From positions 1,054,001 to 1,118,000 of the forward strand of contig CM022673.1 in assembly GCA_012295275.1 (NCBI GenBank): a stretch of 64,000 nucleotides of DNA. Reading direction: 5' to 3'. This DNA comes from Chrysomallon squamiferum (Eukaryota; Animalia; Mollusca). A program made the position numbers and the translations under genes. Below, piece after piece: positions 24,601 to 40,100 of this stretch; within the stretch, counting starts at the first letter, position 1, and every line of letters begins with the position of its first letter. Under the pieces are notes generated by a model. It was given only the letters and a program-made list of their open reading frames with translations, had not been told where the DNA came from and did no database searches.

Positions 24601-27600
24601 ACAAAGATTATGTATTTATAACAGGTAAAACACAAAGATTATGTATTTGTAACAGGTAAAACACAGAGATTATGTATTTATAACAGGTAAAACACAAAGA
24701 TTATATATTTGTAACAGGTAAAACACAAAGATTATGTATTTATAACAGGTAAAACAATGAGTTTGTTACTGAAGTGGATGCTGAACAATCTAAATAAATT
24801 TTAACATTTTACATCATATCAATTTATTAAGATTTGTGACAATTTATAATAGAGTATCCAATATGTATATGAAATACAGAATAAATTTAAAAATTAATAT
24901 TTATACCAGACATTCTTTATCAATAAATAAAATCTATAAAATCTAATTATAAACTAAATTATAAATGATTATATATGAAACAAAATATATTATAAATTAT
25001 GATATACCAAATATAATGAGTATGTTATAAATAATGATATGTAAAATATAATGAATATGTTATAAATAATGACATATAAAATGTAATTATAGAGTAAGTT
25101 ATAAATGATGACATGAAATATAAAGCATATTATAAATGATGATATATGAAAGTATATTATAGATAATGAAACAGAATTATAAAACTTTGTTATAAATGAT
25201 ATTATAAACAATGATGGATCAACTACTTACTGTCTTCAGCTATCTGTTCAATAGCAACAAGGCCGCCCGTGGAAGTGAAGTATGTAATAAACTGATGTAA
25301 AGTCACAATAACATTACTTCCCAGTTTCTCTGGCTCATACACAGTCAAGTCCAAAATCTTGCCCATCACATACGAAAATACTGAAACAAACAGAACGAGA
25401 TTCTTAAGTCTTTTAGTAAAATATTTTACCAGGTTCTGTCTTTTGTATTTGGTAATCTCCAAAAAAATAAAAAATAATAAATAATAAATAATCATGTAAT
25501 TTATAGTATTTTTAAAAATTTAAATGATTTAAATTATCATATATTATTTATTTTCATAAATAATCACATTTTGTTAACAGACTACTCTGTTTAAACATAT
25601 ATTTTAAAAATGAATAATTTCTTCTTTTTTTGAAACTAATGAACTTGAAAAATGTGTACCTCTGACTGGAGACACATCAAAGTTTTCTTTAATTCGCAGA
25701 CTGTACTTCTGTTCAAACATGTACGCAATCTTCTCTGGATGCACGTACAACACATTGTGATCAACACAAGTTACCCAGAATTCACGCAGTGATTTGTCAT
25801 CTGTTAGTTCTGTCATCACTGAAATAAAAAAATAAAAAATAAAAAAATAAATAATAAGCAAAAAATACAAAATAAATAAATACATAATAAATAAAATCAA
25901 TGAATAAAAATCAAGAACCTAAAATATTTTTTAAAGAGGTGAATAATCTCAGGGGAAATAACTCTTCTGATTACATTCACATTTCTCTTGTTGATTTTAC
26001 CAAGAAAAATCATTGATATAATAAATATCAAAAATGCATGTTAGATAATGAAATAAAATCTGTCTCACCAGGATGAAGGTCAATATCTGGACCAGCTCTG
26101 GCAATTTTCAGCAAGTTTTCAAGAATTTTGGCTTGTTTTTGTAACTTGTCCAGTGCATAAAACTCTCGACACTTGAGTGGCCCAAAGTTTCCAAGGTTCT
26201 AGAACAAAATTTAAATAATAATTAGTTATCTTTCTGTTAAAAAAATCTTATTAGCAAATGTTTCCCAGCATACAAATAACAATAACTGAAATTACTACCA
26301 CAGAACAGTGACTACACCAATAAGAACCAAAATCAATTTACCTTCATGTTTTAAAACAAATGTCTGTTGTTGTTAATTTATTAAAACAGTATGTAAAATA
26401 GATGTTCAGCTATCAATTGTTTTAAAACCAAACATATTTACATGTGGATGTATGTATGTATGTAGGTATTTGCCTGTGTATGCATGTCCATGTATGTGTG
26501 TATCTGTGTACATGTGTGTGTATGTGTACCCAAGTGTGTCTGTCTGTGTGTATCAGTAACCCTTTACCTCAAGCAGCCGATCACAGTAACACAAATGGAA
26601 GAGTAAAGCTTGATCGACTTGATCGTTGCCAGTTGAGGGTGGAACAGGACTTGACTCCAGACTTGAACTCAGCTGTGTGTCTTCACTGAGTCGTTTAGCC
26701 AGAGACTCAATTCCTGAGTCAGCAGTTTTAGCTGTGGACTCGGGACTGGCAAGCATCTGGTCAATACTACATCGGCGACTTCCTCTGAGAAACACACACA
26801 CAAAAAGAAGAATTACTATCAATGGTAAGTGTTTCAGGTTAAAAAAATGAAGTATATCCAATTCCAACATCCTCAAAAAAAAAAAAAAATAAAAAATTCT
26901 CTGTTCTGTTTCTTCCTGGACAGATATTACCAGCTGTAGTATGATCATTTTCGTTAGTGAAAATGCACAGAAAGAAAACTATAACAGTTAATGCTTACTG
27001 TGGTGAAGAGTTGAGGTCATCAATCGACTCTTCTGTGTTGAGGAAATCAAACGCTTCCAGTGCACTCTCTATTGACACACTGATACTGGAAGAACGAGAA
27101 TTACACTGTGACCGTTTCTGAAATATAAAATCAACAACACATCAACACAAAACTCAGATACATCATTGTGACACATTCTTTTTTTTTTTTAGCTTCTGCT
27201 GTTGCTTAATACAGAATTATGAAAAGACAACTGTTGCTTCATCTTAAACTTACAACATTAAATAAATATGATAAATAGATAACATTCAATTTACATACCA
27301 ATAAAAAAAAAAAGTAAACCTAAGTAAAATAAAATTCTAATTCAACATGCTAATGTAATATATTGGTGTCTTCATAATCTGACTATTAACTCTACAGTTA
27401 TGTAAATAGTAGGAACAAAATACAGTCCCTCTACAAAAAAAAAAAAAAAAAAAAAAAAAACCACAAAACAAAAAACAAAACACTGATGAATCATTACACA
27501 CCCTAATAAAATGTTCCATGCTGAGCACAACTTCTTCAAGTTTCTGTAACTCGTTGTACTGTCCGAGAAAATCTTCCAGCGTGGTTGCCAAGTTGTTGAG

Positions 27601-27954
27601 AGCCTCTTCCACGGTGCTGGGCTCATCTTTTGACAACTGCTCCGTCTGCGTGAGGACTCCGGGAAGTCGACACTGTGGGACAGGAGGAGTGTGCATCATG
27701 GGACTGTTTAATACTGTCTGTGAAATGAGGGAGCCCTGGGCATTCGACACGTACATGGCACTGTCTCGAGCTCGTAAAACAGGAGATGGGTTGTAGCTGT
27801 GTGTCTCGAAAATACGATTCGGAAGCGAGGTGGACGATGTGAACAGGTAGTAATCGTCTTTGCTCTGAGGGAAATGTAGAGGACTTGAGTAACGTCTCTC
27901 TGGTCCTGTCAGGTCTCCGAAACTATCAGACTGTGAAAAAATATAATAATAATA

Positions 27955-28001
<47 letters not shown>

Positions 28002-31000
28002 ATTAAATTATTGATAAATTTTGCCACCAGTTAGTACATAAATTTGTATTTTTATTATCACAATTTTTCTTGATGTCATGAATAGATCTTCTAACTTACA
28101 AATATATTTCCATCCTTGTTTACAAGCTTCATTTTTGTTTTTATTATCTCATATTGTTCTTTATAAATCTATCTGTTCACAAATTACATATAAACGTGAC
28201 AGAAATGTGCAGCCTAAAATTTCTTTACAAAATGGCCTGATTGCACCTAAAAATAATTTTCTGAAGATGTCAAAATTATAAATTATTTTTTGGATCAAAT
28301 CTATCTCCTCAAATACTGGGAAAAACAAAAAAAAAAGCTATACTATTTTTATTAATTTATTATTATCATTACATTTCAAAAGAGAATTTTTAAATTATGT
28401 TTTATTTTTAGGTATATGTGTGTGTATGTGTGTGTGTATGTGTGTGTGTATGTATGTGTGTATGTATGTGTGTATGTATGTATGTGTATGTGTGTATGTA
28501 TGCATATGTATCATCAATACTTACAAGTTGTCCATTGACTTCCAATACAGAGACAGGACGTCTTCTTGGTGTGCCAGCTGGTTTCAGCGGAGTTTCAAAA
28601 AATGTCAAATTATCATCCATTCCATCAAGAGGGCTGAAAAATAAAATATATATGTTAAAAATAATAAAATAAAAATAAAATAATAGACAATGAAAATGTT
28701 ATCATTTGTATAATAGAAAAGAAAAATGAATACTTTTTATTTATTAGTTAATTTGTAAAAATAATTCAGTGTTAATATGCATTTTTTTTTTTTTTTAAGC
28801 AAATGTGATTTCAATGGGTCTAGTTTAAAATGAATGCAAATATTACGAATGTTACGGAAATGAAAAATTATTATAAAAATTCCAGTGAATAAACTAATAT
28901 AGATGTTACAAGGGTCACTCAATAAATGAATGTAAACATTAAAAAGTGTTTCTGAATGATGTAAATGATAAAATACTTACTTCCACGTGATGATGATGCT
29001 CAGTTTGAGAGAGCCGTTGAAGTTGATGCTGACTGTCATCAGTTGTGGGTTAGCGGAGAACAAGTCTTTTATCTCACAGTTCTTCTGTCCCAGCAACACA
29101 CTTTTAAAACTTCTCACCTCCACAGCCTGCAAACAGTCATCAATATTATATAACCCTGTGTGACGGTTTTATATTTACCTCTCGCACCAAACTTAAATAA
29201 TAATAAAGATGATCACAGACCCTGAGGAAATATATGTTTGCTAGTATTTTTAAATTAGAAAGTACACACAATACAACTGTTTAATTTGACTGAAACCCAA
29301 ACTTGACTAATAATAAAGTAACAGACCTAAAGAAATTAATGTTTTCTACCATTTTCAAATTTATATATGCAGATTATACACACTTGTGATTGTTTAATTT
29401 TTTTACTTCAACCCAAACTTAGCTAATAACAAAGTAAGAAACCTAAAGAAATGCATGTTTTTTTCATGTTTTTAAATTTATATGTACACACAGTATATAC
29501 TTCTTTGTGATTGTCTGATTTTTTACTTCAACCCAAACTTGGCTAATAATAAAGTAACAAACCTAAAAAATGCCATTTTCTCATGTTTTTAAATTTATAT
29601 GCACACACAGCATACACTTGCTTTTGATTGTTCAATTATTTCTTTAACCCAATAACTTTGACTAATAGTAAAGTAACAAAACCAAGGAAATGCATGTTTT
29701 TTCTTGTTTTTAAATTTGTATGTATAAATAATAGTTCCTTATGATTGTTTAATTTGACTTAAACCCAAACTTGACTAAGGAAATGTAAGTTTGCTTGTAT
29801 TTTTAAATTATGTATACACAGCATATACTTCCTTATGACTATTTAATTTGACTTAATTGAAAACTTGAATAATAATATATAAAAGTTAAATAAAAGTTGT
29901 TTTTTTTCAGGAAGTATTTGGAGGCAGTGCATAGAGTTGTCATTATGTTTGATAAGAAGAAACTTGCACTGTAATGCAATTTGCAGCTGTATTTTTTACT
30001 TTATGAATTTTTAAAATGTTTTGTGGAAACAGTGGTTAATATTTTTTCTTTATTATAAGGATTATATAGTTGAGCATATTATGCATTCATTTTTAATTTC
30101 TTTCCCTTTTTAAAAAAAAAAAAAATATATGTATTTATTATATTTTTTGGTCTTTTAAAAAGGCAGCAGAAAAAAAGAATTAGAATAAGAATAAAAAAGC
30201 CACTTTTTTTATTTATCTTTTTTTTTTTCCTCTTTAAATTAAAAAGATTATAATAACCTTTAGACTCAAGACTTCACCAACAAGAGCTTTGAAAGTGTAT
30301 TCTGGGTGATCCCATCTCTGACTGCTGGTTTTCTCTACACGCCCCTTCGACTTCCACTTCTGAGGCCCGTGGCGAATTGACACTTCAAACACATCTCCCG
30401 GACAGAGTCTGGCAAAACCTGCCATTCCTGTGTGGAATCAAGAGAAAAAAATTCAGTATTCAGGAAAAACGAGATGCTTTAACTTTTTAATTACAAGCTC
30501 CTAACTATTTACAGAGTTTAAAACATAGTTTTGTATGTAGTAAAACAAAACAAAAAAATAAAAAAATAAAAACATTACTATATATATTATATACACGGCA
30601 CATATAAAAAAACTATGCTTGAATTTGATGTATGTTCATTTAGTATAAACAAAACCAGTTTTAAACACCTTTAATAATTATTTATTCTGTGTCTGTTGCA
30701 AGTTCATATGCCTTTAGTAATGTCAACAAAAAAAAGGAAGAAAAAGATTAATGAGAAATTAAAAAAGGGAAGAAAAAACTAATTGAAATAATGAAGAAAA
30801 AATTAATTGAAATAACGAAGAAAAACTTAATTAAAATAATGAAAACTGATAGTGGTGCTGTACTTACCTTTCAGTTTGCAGTGAAATGTTCCTAACATGT
30901 TTTCTAGCTGAGCTTCAATAGCACACAATGTCTACAAACACAAAAATCAACACTGATTAAATAGCTATTAAATAGCTCAGTTGATCTCTATTGTATTGAA

Positions 31001-32004
31001 AACACTAGCAAAAATACAATTTAAAACTATTGTGTGAATATACTTAGTAAATACAATAAAAATAAAAATGACAGTGTGATTGTGGTGATGACCCCAACAA
31101 TGATGACGATTATGATGATTATAATGATTATCCTAATAATAATATTGATGATGATGCTAATCACAATAAGAATAATAATAAAGTGATTATGATGTTGATG
31201 CCAATAACGGTAATGATGTTAATAATAATAATAATAATAACAACAATTATTTGGATAATGATAAAATATCTTTTCTCTGTAATAATTTTTTGTTTTTGAA
31301 AAAATTATACCTGAGAACATTCCTTGTAGCCATATTTAACATTAGTAAGTGATTGCTTTCGATTTCCAGGAGAAGCTGTATAAGCTCTGGCCATTGTACG
31401 GGCTCCTGTTAAAAACAACAAAAACAACCAGACATTAAATATTGCCCAGGTTTAGGTAAGCAAGGATTTATTTAACAAATGCAAACTTAGTGAGAAAATG
31501 TTTGAACAGTTCTAAATTTAGCATGCTTTTATTAAAAATTTAGTTAGCAAAGGTTACTCGAGTTTAAATTTAATTAAAGCAAAACATTACACTGGCAGGA
31601 TAAATGATGTAAGAAACATGCAGACAAAATTAGATGATGCTGAGCATACCTTCTCGAAGTTGCTGATGAACCAGGTAACAGTCATGCAGTTCATCAATCT
31701 GTTGGAAGAAAAATAACAACATACATTAATTTTATATATTGGGAAGATATGTGAAATGAGAATATACAAAACCATCCATCCATCCATCCATCCATCCATC
31801 CATCTTTCTATACAGATATAGATAAAAAGTTAGAAAGATAGATAGATGGATAGATATTTATATATAAGCATGTAAAAATAAAAATTTGATACAGGGTAAA
31901 ACAATTATACAGATTAATGAAGTTTTTTCACCCTAACTTTTAAATGTTGTATGCATTCATTTAATGATCTTTAGGTAACTGGAAACAATAACTCTCAAGT
32001 GCAT

Positions 32005-32041
<37 letters not shown>

Positions 32042-34137
32042 AGATACACATATAGAAAGATTGAAAAAGAAAGAGGGAGAAAAAGACAAACAAAAACAGA
32101 GACACCGCCAGACAGATTTTGAGATAGGTAATTAGATAAAAATACAAAAGAATGTACATATGACAAACCTTTGACAAATGAAATTCTAGTTTTTTCAGAT
32201 ATCTTTCAGCTGATTTCACTTGCTACAAAAGAAAGAAGCAGAAAACTGTAATAATAAATTTACATTACCGCAGTAGGTAATTAATATAAGCTTTACTAAA
32301 CAAAATAGAAAAATCAATATTTAATTAGTTTGGACATTTGATCTTTTTGTGGAGGTTCTTTTTCTTTCCTTTTTTTTTTTTTTCCCCATCTGTAAATTCA
32401 AACACAACAAAACTGTAAGAAAAGCGTGTTTTTAGGTATGACAAAGAAATAAATTTATGCATTAGGTTTTTAGTTAATAATAATAATAAAAAGTATGTTT
32501 TACTGAAATAATGAACAGGGATAATATCTCAAAAAAACAGTTTAATAATAATAATAAAACATAAATAATAATAAATAATGGAAAACAACTGCATTGTATA
32601 TGTAATTATAGTACGAAAATATACTATGAAATTAATCAGAAGAAAATAAATCTTTTACATTTATTTTTTTTTAATTAAAAAAATTCTTTAAAAAAATATC
32701 TTCAAAATTAACAGTTATTTTCTTTATTTCTTCACTCATTAACCAGATTTCTATTGATAATTATTCATTTAATATTCTTTTATCATGGCATGCCATTCTG
32801 CATTCAGCCACATGCAAAATTCATGCATATTTTTCAAACTAGTTACTGTAATAAATGTTTTTTTAAAGTTGTCAGACTTTATACAAACTGAAAGATAAAA
32901 GGAACTAATTCATTTAACAAAGAATTCTCATTCTTATAAACAGCTACATCCACATAAAACACAATTACTTCTGTGCTAATTTCCAAAACTTAAATATTGG
33001 CATTTAATATGTTATTTATTAACGTAATATTAAAAATAGAGCAACCTGTTAACCAGTATTTTCAAATTTATCCTCTGATTCAGAAAACCTAAAAATAATT
33101 ATTTTAAACATAAAGCTAATAAACACATTAATTATTATTATTATTATTATTATTATTATTTTTTTGATTTTGCTTTTCTTTGGTGGCAGTCTTGTTCTTT
33201 TTCTTGTTTATTTTTGTTTTTAGTTGTTTTTGGAGGGGTTTTTGCAAGGTTTTTTTTTTTTTTTTTCTTAATGGGAAAAACTCTTTTCAAATCAATTTTT
33301 TTATTTGCTGATGGTGAGAAGGTTATTTATTTTCTCTCCACACTGGGGAGAAAGGAATTGGGTGTAACTGTTCAGACTTCTGGTGCTAACATTACAGCTC
33401 TGGGCGATGGAGATGTTGTAGGTGTCTACCTTGCATTACTGAAACAACAAAACAAAGACTGTCTGAGGTAAAATAGATTTACTGACAGCTGTATGGATTT
33501 TACGATGACTGGAACCTTGTCAGCTGTCACTGATGTTGCTCTGACACAAGGAGAAGTTGTTGTAGCTGTATCAATATTTAACTAGCGAGTGACCAATCAA
33601 AACAGGTGAATATATATAAAAAAAATGAATTTTTGACAATTCAGGTGAGTATATAAAAAAGAAGTTTTAACAATGCAGGTAAGTGTATAATAATAAATAT
33701 TATATGATACTGGTGAATGCATAAAAGTATTTAACAAAATTACATGAGTTATTAAAAATGAATATTTAACAAAAATGTAAATAAAACTGCATGTTGCAAT
33801 AAATTGGATAGTCTGAAAAGACTTTAAAATTACTTAAGGATAAATGTATAATTTAAAATAAAATCAATTAGCAATACCAATACTGATGTATAATGTTAGG
33901 TCAGTAAAAAGAGTATGTATGAAACCTCTATGGAAAAAACCTTCAAAAGCAAATGGTTTAAAACATCCCACAGATATTAATGTGATATTACTAAGCATAC
34001 ATATTTATGTCTATATTTAAATGTTAGTAACAAAATTACAGATATTTATGATACTTAGCCTTTAATAAAATAGAATGAAGTTACAATGATGAATGTCACA
34101 ATGAAATGAAAATTTAATGCATTAGGAATGTTTTTGT

Positions 34138-34168
<31 letters not shown>

Positions 34169-37100
34169 CCCAGTACAGACTTTATTATTCCTGAAACCCA
34201 TCTATCTATATAATTTTATTATTTATTAGATAAAATATTCTGCATTCACCCCCATCAAACAATACTGAAAATATGCAAGTGAAAATGCCAAAGAAAGGAC
34301 TGAATGTACAGAATATAGAAGTTTATCACCGTTAATTAATAAACACTTGTCTGCTATACATATATACAAGACAGATGGAAAATATTTTAGTAACATGCCA
34401 TGCACAATCATACAGAAAACAAAATTTGATTATTTATTAACTACAATTGTGTGTGTGTGTGTGTGTTTATGTGTCTGCGTGTTTCAAAAACACATTAACG
34501 CTGAGTGAACATGCAAATGCATGATGACATATGTACATGTAAATTAATGAATGTTTAAAAATACTTCAGCACAAAAAATTTCTGTGGCTATAGGATATCA
34601 AACAGTGTATATGTTTGTAAATTGAATTAATTAATACTAACAAATCAGACTGAAACATTAAATCAAGCCCTTGAAAAGAATAAACTGGGTATATTGCAAT
34701 TATTTTACAACTTAGATTTAAATAACCTTACAGAATTTACATTAATTCATCTTATAGTTGGCAAAGTCGATACCTCCACCTGTTTTTATCATTTACTTTT
34801 GGTAATGACTGTAACAAGTTTTACACTCTTCAATACTTTTTTCTTTTTTCTGTTTATGACTTTAAAATACTTTATCCTTGAAATTACCTTGAAATTATAA
34901 ACATTTCATTTGTAAACAGATTTTTCCCCCTACTGATGTAATTTTTTTTTGCTTAAAAACACAAATAATAATAATAATAATGTTTTAAAAAATAAATGTT
35001 TATTAATTTATACTTAGTAATATGTTAGAAATATAAATGTTTATTAATTTCAATTCAATTATACACCATGTTATAAAGATAAATGCTTATTAGATTTTTT
35101 CTGAGCAAACTGCTGTGTTAAATGAATACACAAGACTTAGTTTTATCTTAAAAAGAGACAACCACACAAAATAACAAACAAAATCAAAAACATTGTAAAT
35201 TATGAAAACAAGTACAGCTAAATCACTGAAACTATTTATAATCTCACAGAAAGTTTCTTTTTACCTTTCTTTTAATTTATTCCTACATGCACAATGAATT
35301 ATTGCATTGAAAACATAAATAAATAATCATATTATGTTATCAGAGTGCCTGTAATCATTTCTTTTTATGGAGTTTTTCATGCTAAAGTATTAATTACCAG
35401 CAAAGTGAAAATAATCAGATATGTGTGCAAACACCCTGTCAAAATATTTAGCCTTGTGAATCTATTTTTATCTCTCTCATGCAAAATCAATATGGCTTTT
35501 AGCTGCATTGTGACCTTGTCTTCTGACGTTTTCATGCAAAAACAATATTATCACACTTTCATGAAAAAATGGAATGTGTAAGTGATTTTGGGCCTATTCC
35601 AGAAGAAAAGAAGAAGAAATAAAAAAAAAAAAAAATAAAAGATTTTACAAAGCCATACTGACAAAAAGATAGTGATACACACATTTTGAAAATCTATATT
35701 AAATGCAGAAGCCAAAACATCTAACCAGTTGTTACAGATTATTACCTTTTCAATTTCATGAACTTTGCCCTAAAATAAGCAACATAAATTTGATTACGTA
35801 CTTGTTTTATGTAATAAATATAAGATTTTCCCACTGAGAAAAAAAAAAAATAAATAATAATAACAAATAACGTGTGCAACAGAATATACAATATGCTCAT
35901 TTTAAACTAGAAGTGTTAAACTACTTCTGACAGACGTGTATCATGTTTTAGAAAACATGTATACGAAATGTCTAGGTTAAAAACATGTGCAAATAAATTC
36001 TTCATATTCATACACTCATGTAGATGTAATATACACCATGCTCTTATATACCAATGTTATTACTATATACAAAATACTTTAACAAATAGCAAACCTTACC
36101 AGTTATTATGATAAGATCTTTTAATAAATATTATATTTAATGTAAATAGTTTTATCATGGGAATAAAACATTGCTTTAGGCTCATGAATAAAATGAAAGA
36201 TTTTTTAATGCTTCTGTTTATTTGAGACCATTTTATCAAATCATTTTCAAGAATTAATATATCAATAACAAAAACATGTTTACCACCTCCATATAAAAAC
36301 AATCAAACAAATAAATAAATAAATAAATAAAATAAATAAAATAAATAAAATAAAATAAAATAAAATAAAATAAAAACAATTAATTCTTCTAATCACATTT
36401 TATTTTATGAATCACTTTTAAAAGAAACTATTTAAATTTTTGTAAAATGTGTTATTTATGATTAAATGGCATTAAACTTCATTGTTAGCTAGAAAATGAA
36501 CATGACACTTATGGAAGTCATAAAAGGAAAAAAATTAAAATAAACTAATACTATTGGAAATGTATCACCTAGAGCAAGTTGTTATTTTTTGCATTTGTAT
36601 TTTTTTCTTTCTTATTTTGACAGGTAACAGAAAATTAAATAAAATAAAATATAAAATTTAAATATATATTTTTTTTAAATGTCTAAATGCCCACTCCATT
36701 CTAATATGTTCTAATAGTTCAAGCAGCAGGCCTGAAATTCCAAAGTGAGAAATCAGAAGCTGGTAAATTCAGATCAAAGTCAATGTCTTACCTGAGCAGT
36801 GGAAGTGTTTGCTTCACCTGACTGTAAATGTACGATGTCATCCTGAGTTACTTGAATAAATTCTCTGAAATAATACAGTAAAACATTATTTTTCAACTCA
36901 AATGTTATTATTTATTTATTCTTTTATTTTTTTTATCATTTATTATCATGAACATCATCATTACCATTATTATTATTAATTAATTTATTAATATTATTAT
37001 TGTTGCTATTATTGTTGTTGTTGTTGTTATATGTAGGTAATAAAAAACTCAGAAAAGTAAAAAAAGGAAAATAAAACTAATTCATTAGCAGTGAAATTCA

Positions 37101-40100
37101 TTATAAGGAAACTGTTTTCTTTACTTTTTATTTATTTATTTATTTTAATTACTGTTAGGTGTTTTTATTTAAATTATTTTTTTAAAAAAAACATTTTCTT
37201 GAAATCTGCACAGATTGACAAAGCTTTATATTTCAAGTAGCCGGTCATCATCAAATCACTGACATTCTCTCACAACATTACAGTCTTCCCAACCTGGCAT
37301 TGATCTAACTTGCACCTTCGTGTTGTTGATTTACCAGCAACATGCGACAAATTGAATGCAACCTTGCAACAAAGACTTCAATTTGTGAGAACAAAAACAC
37401 CAAAAATAGCAGAGACAGTGCAAAAAAAAAAAAACCAATAACCAAAAAAAAAAAAAGATCCCTAAAAAACCACCATGAAATGGCAAAATGTTTGTCTAAC
37501 CTGTCTGTGAGAGAAAAAAACACCACATTAGCATTTGAGAAACTGTGATCTGGATTAAAGCTTTCAGTAGGATTTAAGAACAACTAATTGGTTAAGGATG
37601 GCAAGTATTAGGATAAATGTGTGATGTTGACCAGACCTGCTGCTGTATTACTCATTCTTACAGATATAGAGTAGAGACAATCAAACAGCAAGCTGCAGTA
37701 TAAAACACACCTGTATATGTGAACTAAATAAATTTATATAATGTGAATGGAGCTGAGGAACTGCTCTGTTCAGGAAGTTATTAATATTTGAATTTCCACA
37801 CTATGTAATGACAGTTTTAAAGTGAGAAGTTTCACATGAAGGTATTTATGTATGTGCTGAGCAAGTCTGTTGGCTGTTTTATATATACATAAGTATATGT
37901 GTGTATATATGTACATATATCTCTGTGTGTGTGTGGGGGTAACAGACAGAGAAAGATAAAGAAACATAAAGGGGATGATTATACATAACAAAACGACACC
38001 TTGGAAGGAAACTTAACTCACTGATACATTAAGGAGAACTAATCCTGCAGTCTATCATACAAAAGGCTAATTAACAATAACATAAACAGATACAGATTTG
38101 TTCAGCTTATTTTTTTATTTATTGTGCATGCAAATGTTTGAACTACTGATAATCAAATAACTGATTTATTTTATGTGGCCTGAAATGAGAAAACCCAGAT
38201 TTAATTGTGAGCACTTTCTTGGTATTACAAATATCCAAGCCCAATAGATCTGCAGAGTCCAGTTGTTGCACTATATTGAACACAGAAGTACATGTAACTC
38301 AACTATATATAAACTAAATTTCTGAAAATCCATGTAAAAGGATGGACTTTAAAAATAAATAATAAAGTAATTAAAAAAAAAAACATGTTAAAAAAAAAAA
38401 AAAAAAAAAAAACAATTCATACTTAAATTCCATAAAGTATAAACTAAAGAAGTTAAACAATTAAGTTCATTTCCTGGCCACATCTGTTGTTATAACTGTC
38501 ACAAATCAATAACCCTCACATTATTCACAGATTCAACACTTATATTGATCAAAACATCAGTTTGTTTGTAGGATTAAGTATACCAACATCCAAAGTCAAA
38601 CTCTTCCACACTCTCAGTATTGTGTCTTGAATGTCCATCATGTTCCACAAACAAACAAAAAACACATTTTTGGAGGCATTTGTTTGGGTCTTTTTTTTTA
38701 AATCCAAATTCAGATGCTTATTTTTAACACTTACAAAATCCACAAGTAATCAGCCTGTACATATTGACTAAAATTTAATGTAAAGCTATAGAAATTACGT
38801 TTAAAGTTAAAGATTAAAACAACTTTATATTTAAAAAAATGAAAAATAATAAGAAGAACATTCCATCTGATTCAAGAAATAAAATATTAAAATGTTTTTC
38901 TGTCATCATTTTTTCCATTTCTTATTGTTTTACATAAACAAACTTTGCAGTTAAATATGCATTTCTTTTAAAAAAAAAGAAATATTAATTGACTTAGTGT
39001 TTACTGGAAACTTTCTAATTATTTATATCTAAATTCTAGAATTTCAACTTCTTCAAACCATAGATTTTTCAGACATTTAATCTTTAAAACAAAATTCAAA
39101 ACATTTCTACTTTTTCGAAAACAAAATCTAAACTCTACAGAAAAGTTTTAGTACAAGCAAGAGAAGCCTGGCAGACATTTCCTGGTAACACAATTACTGC
39201 TCTGTTCTAGAAAATGTCACCATTTCCTAGTTCAAGGTCAGAGAAGAGAGAAACATTTCTGCCTGTTCTACAACACACTGAGATGTGAAAACTCAGGTAT
39301 TCTGTGCACAAAGGCATTGAACGAAAGAAACACAACACAAGGCTCGTGAACAAAGAGGAAAACAATTTTCAAAAAAAGCAAAAAAGAAAGCCTTTGTCTC
39401 AAATGTACAGCACGTACAGATTATGTGTTAATGTAATTAGGTTTTACTCGATTCTGAGGCAAATGGAAAGAATATAAAAGATGTAAATTTAAATTAAGAC
39501 AGGAAGACTGCTCAAAATGTATCTCTGGAGTGCAGTAGATTAAAGTAATTGTCTTTGTCTGAAAGACAGTGCCCTGTTGTATCTCAGTTCATAAATTATC
39601 AGTGGATGTTAATGAAATAATGCACATGTATTAATTCTCAATGCAGCCAAATGCACTGATGAATACATTAAAATAAGCCAGATTTATAGAACATTTTAAT
39701 CTTGTTGAAAAAAATATTTAAAATTTAGAAAAAAAAAATAAAAATAAAAATAAAAATCTGTCTTTTAATCTGACTGAATTCTTTCAGAAGGTTACATTTC
39801 AAACGTCAGCTAACAACTGGCACACTTTCAGAGTACATCACACTTTCAACACTTCCCGCTGGCTGGAAACAAGATCAGTGTTTACGAGCACACATACTTC
39901 AGATAAAGACTCTAACAAACACACAAGTTTCCTCATCTTCACACTTCACCACAGCCCACAATTAAAGCAACACTTTGAATTTTCCTTAAAAAAAACCCAC
40001 ACAACTACAATGTCCACCCAAGGTCGACTAGTGAACATCCTACTGGTGTAGAGTGTGTCCTGCCAGGAAACAAAGTCACAGTGATGTGTTTAGTCAGATG

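Noticed and set aside
24481-24756. 31-bp repeat array as a CRISPR
   Set aside because: The units are contiguous with no unique spacers, lie in a eukaryotic intron, and there are no cas genes.
37490-37525. Recursive splice site (pyrimidine tract-ACAG|GTTAGA) in RIPOR intron 2
   Set aside because: The intron is only about 3.3 kb, and a single such motif is expected by chance.
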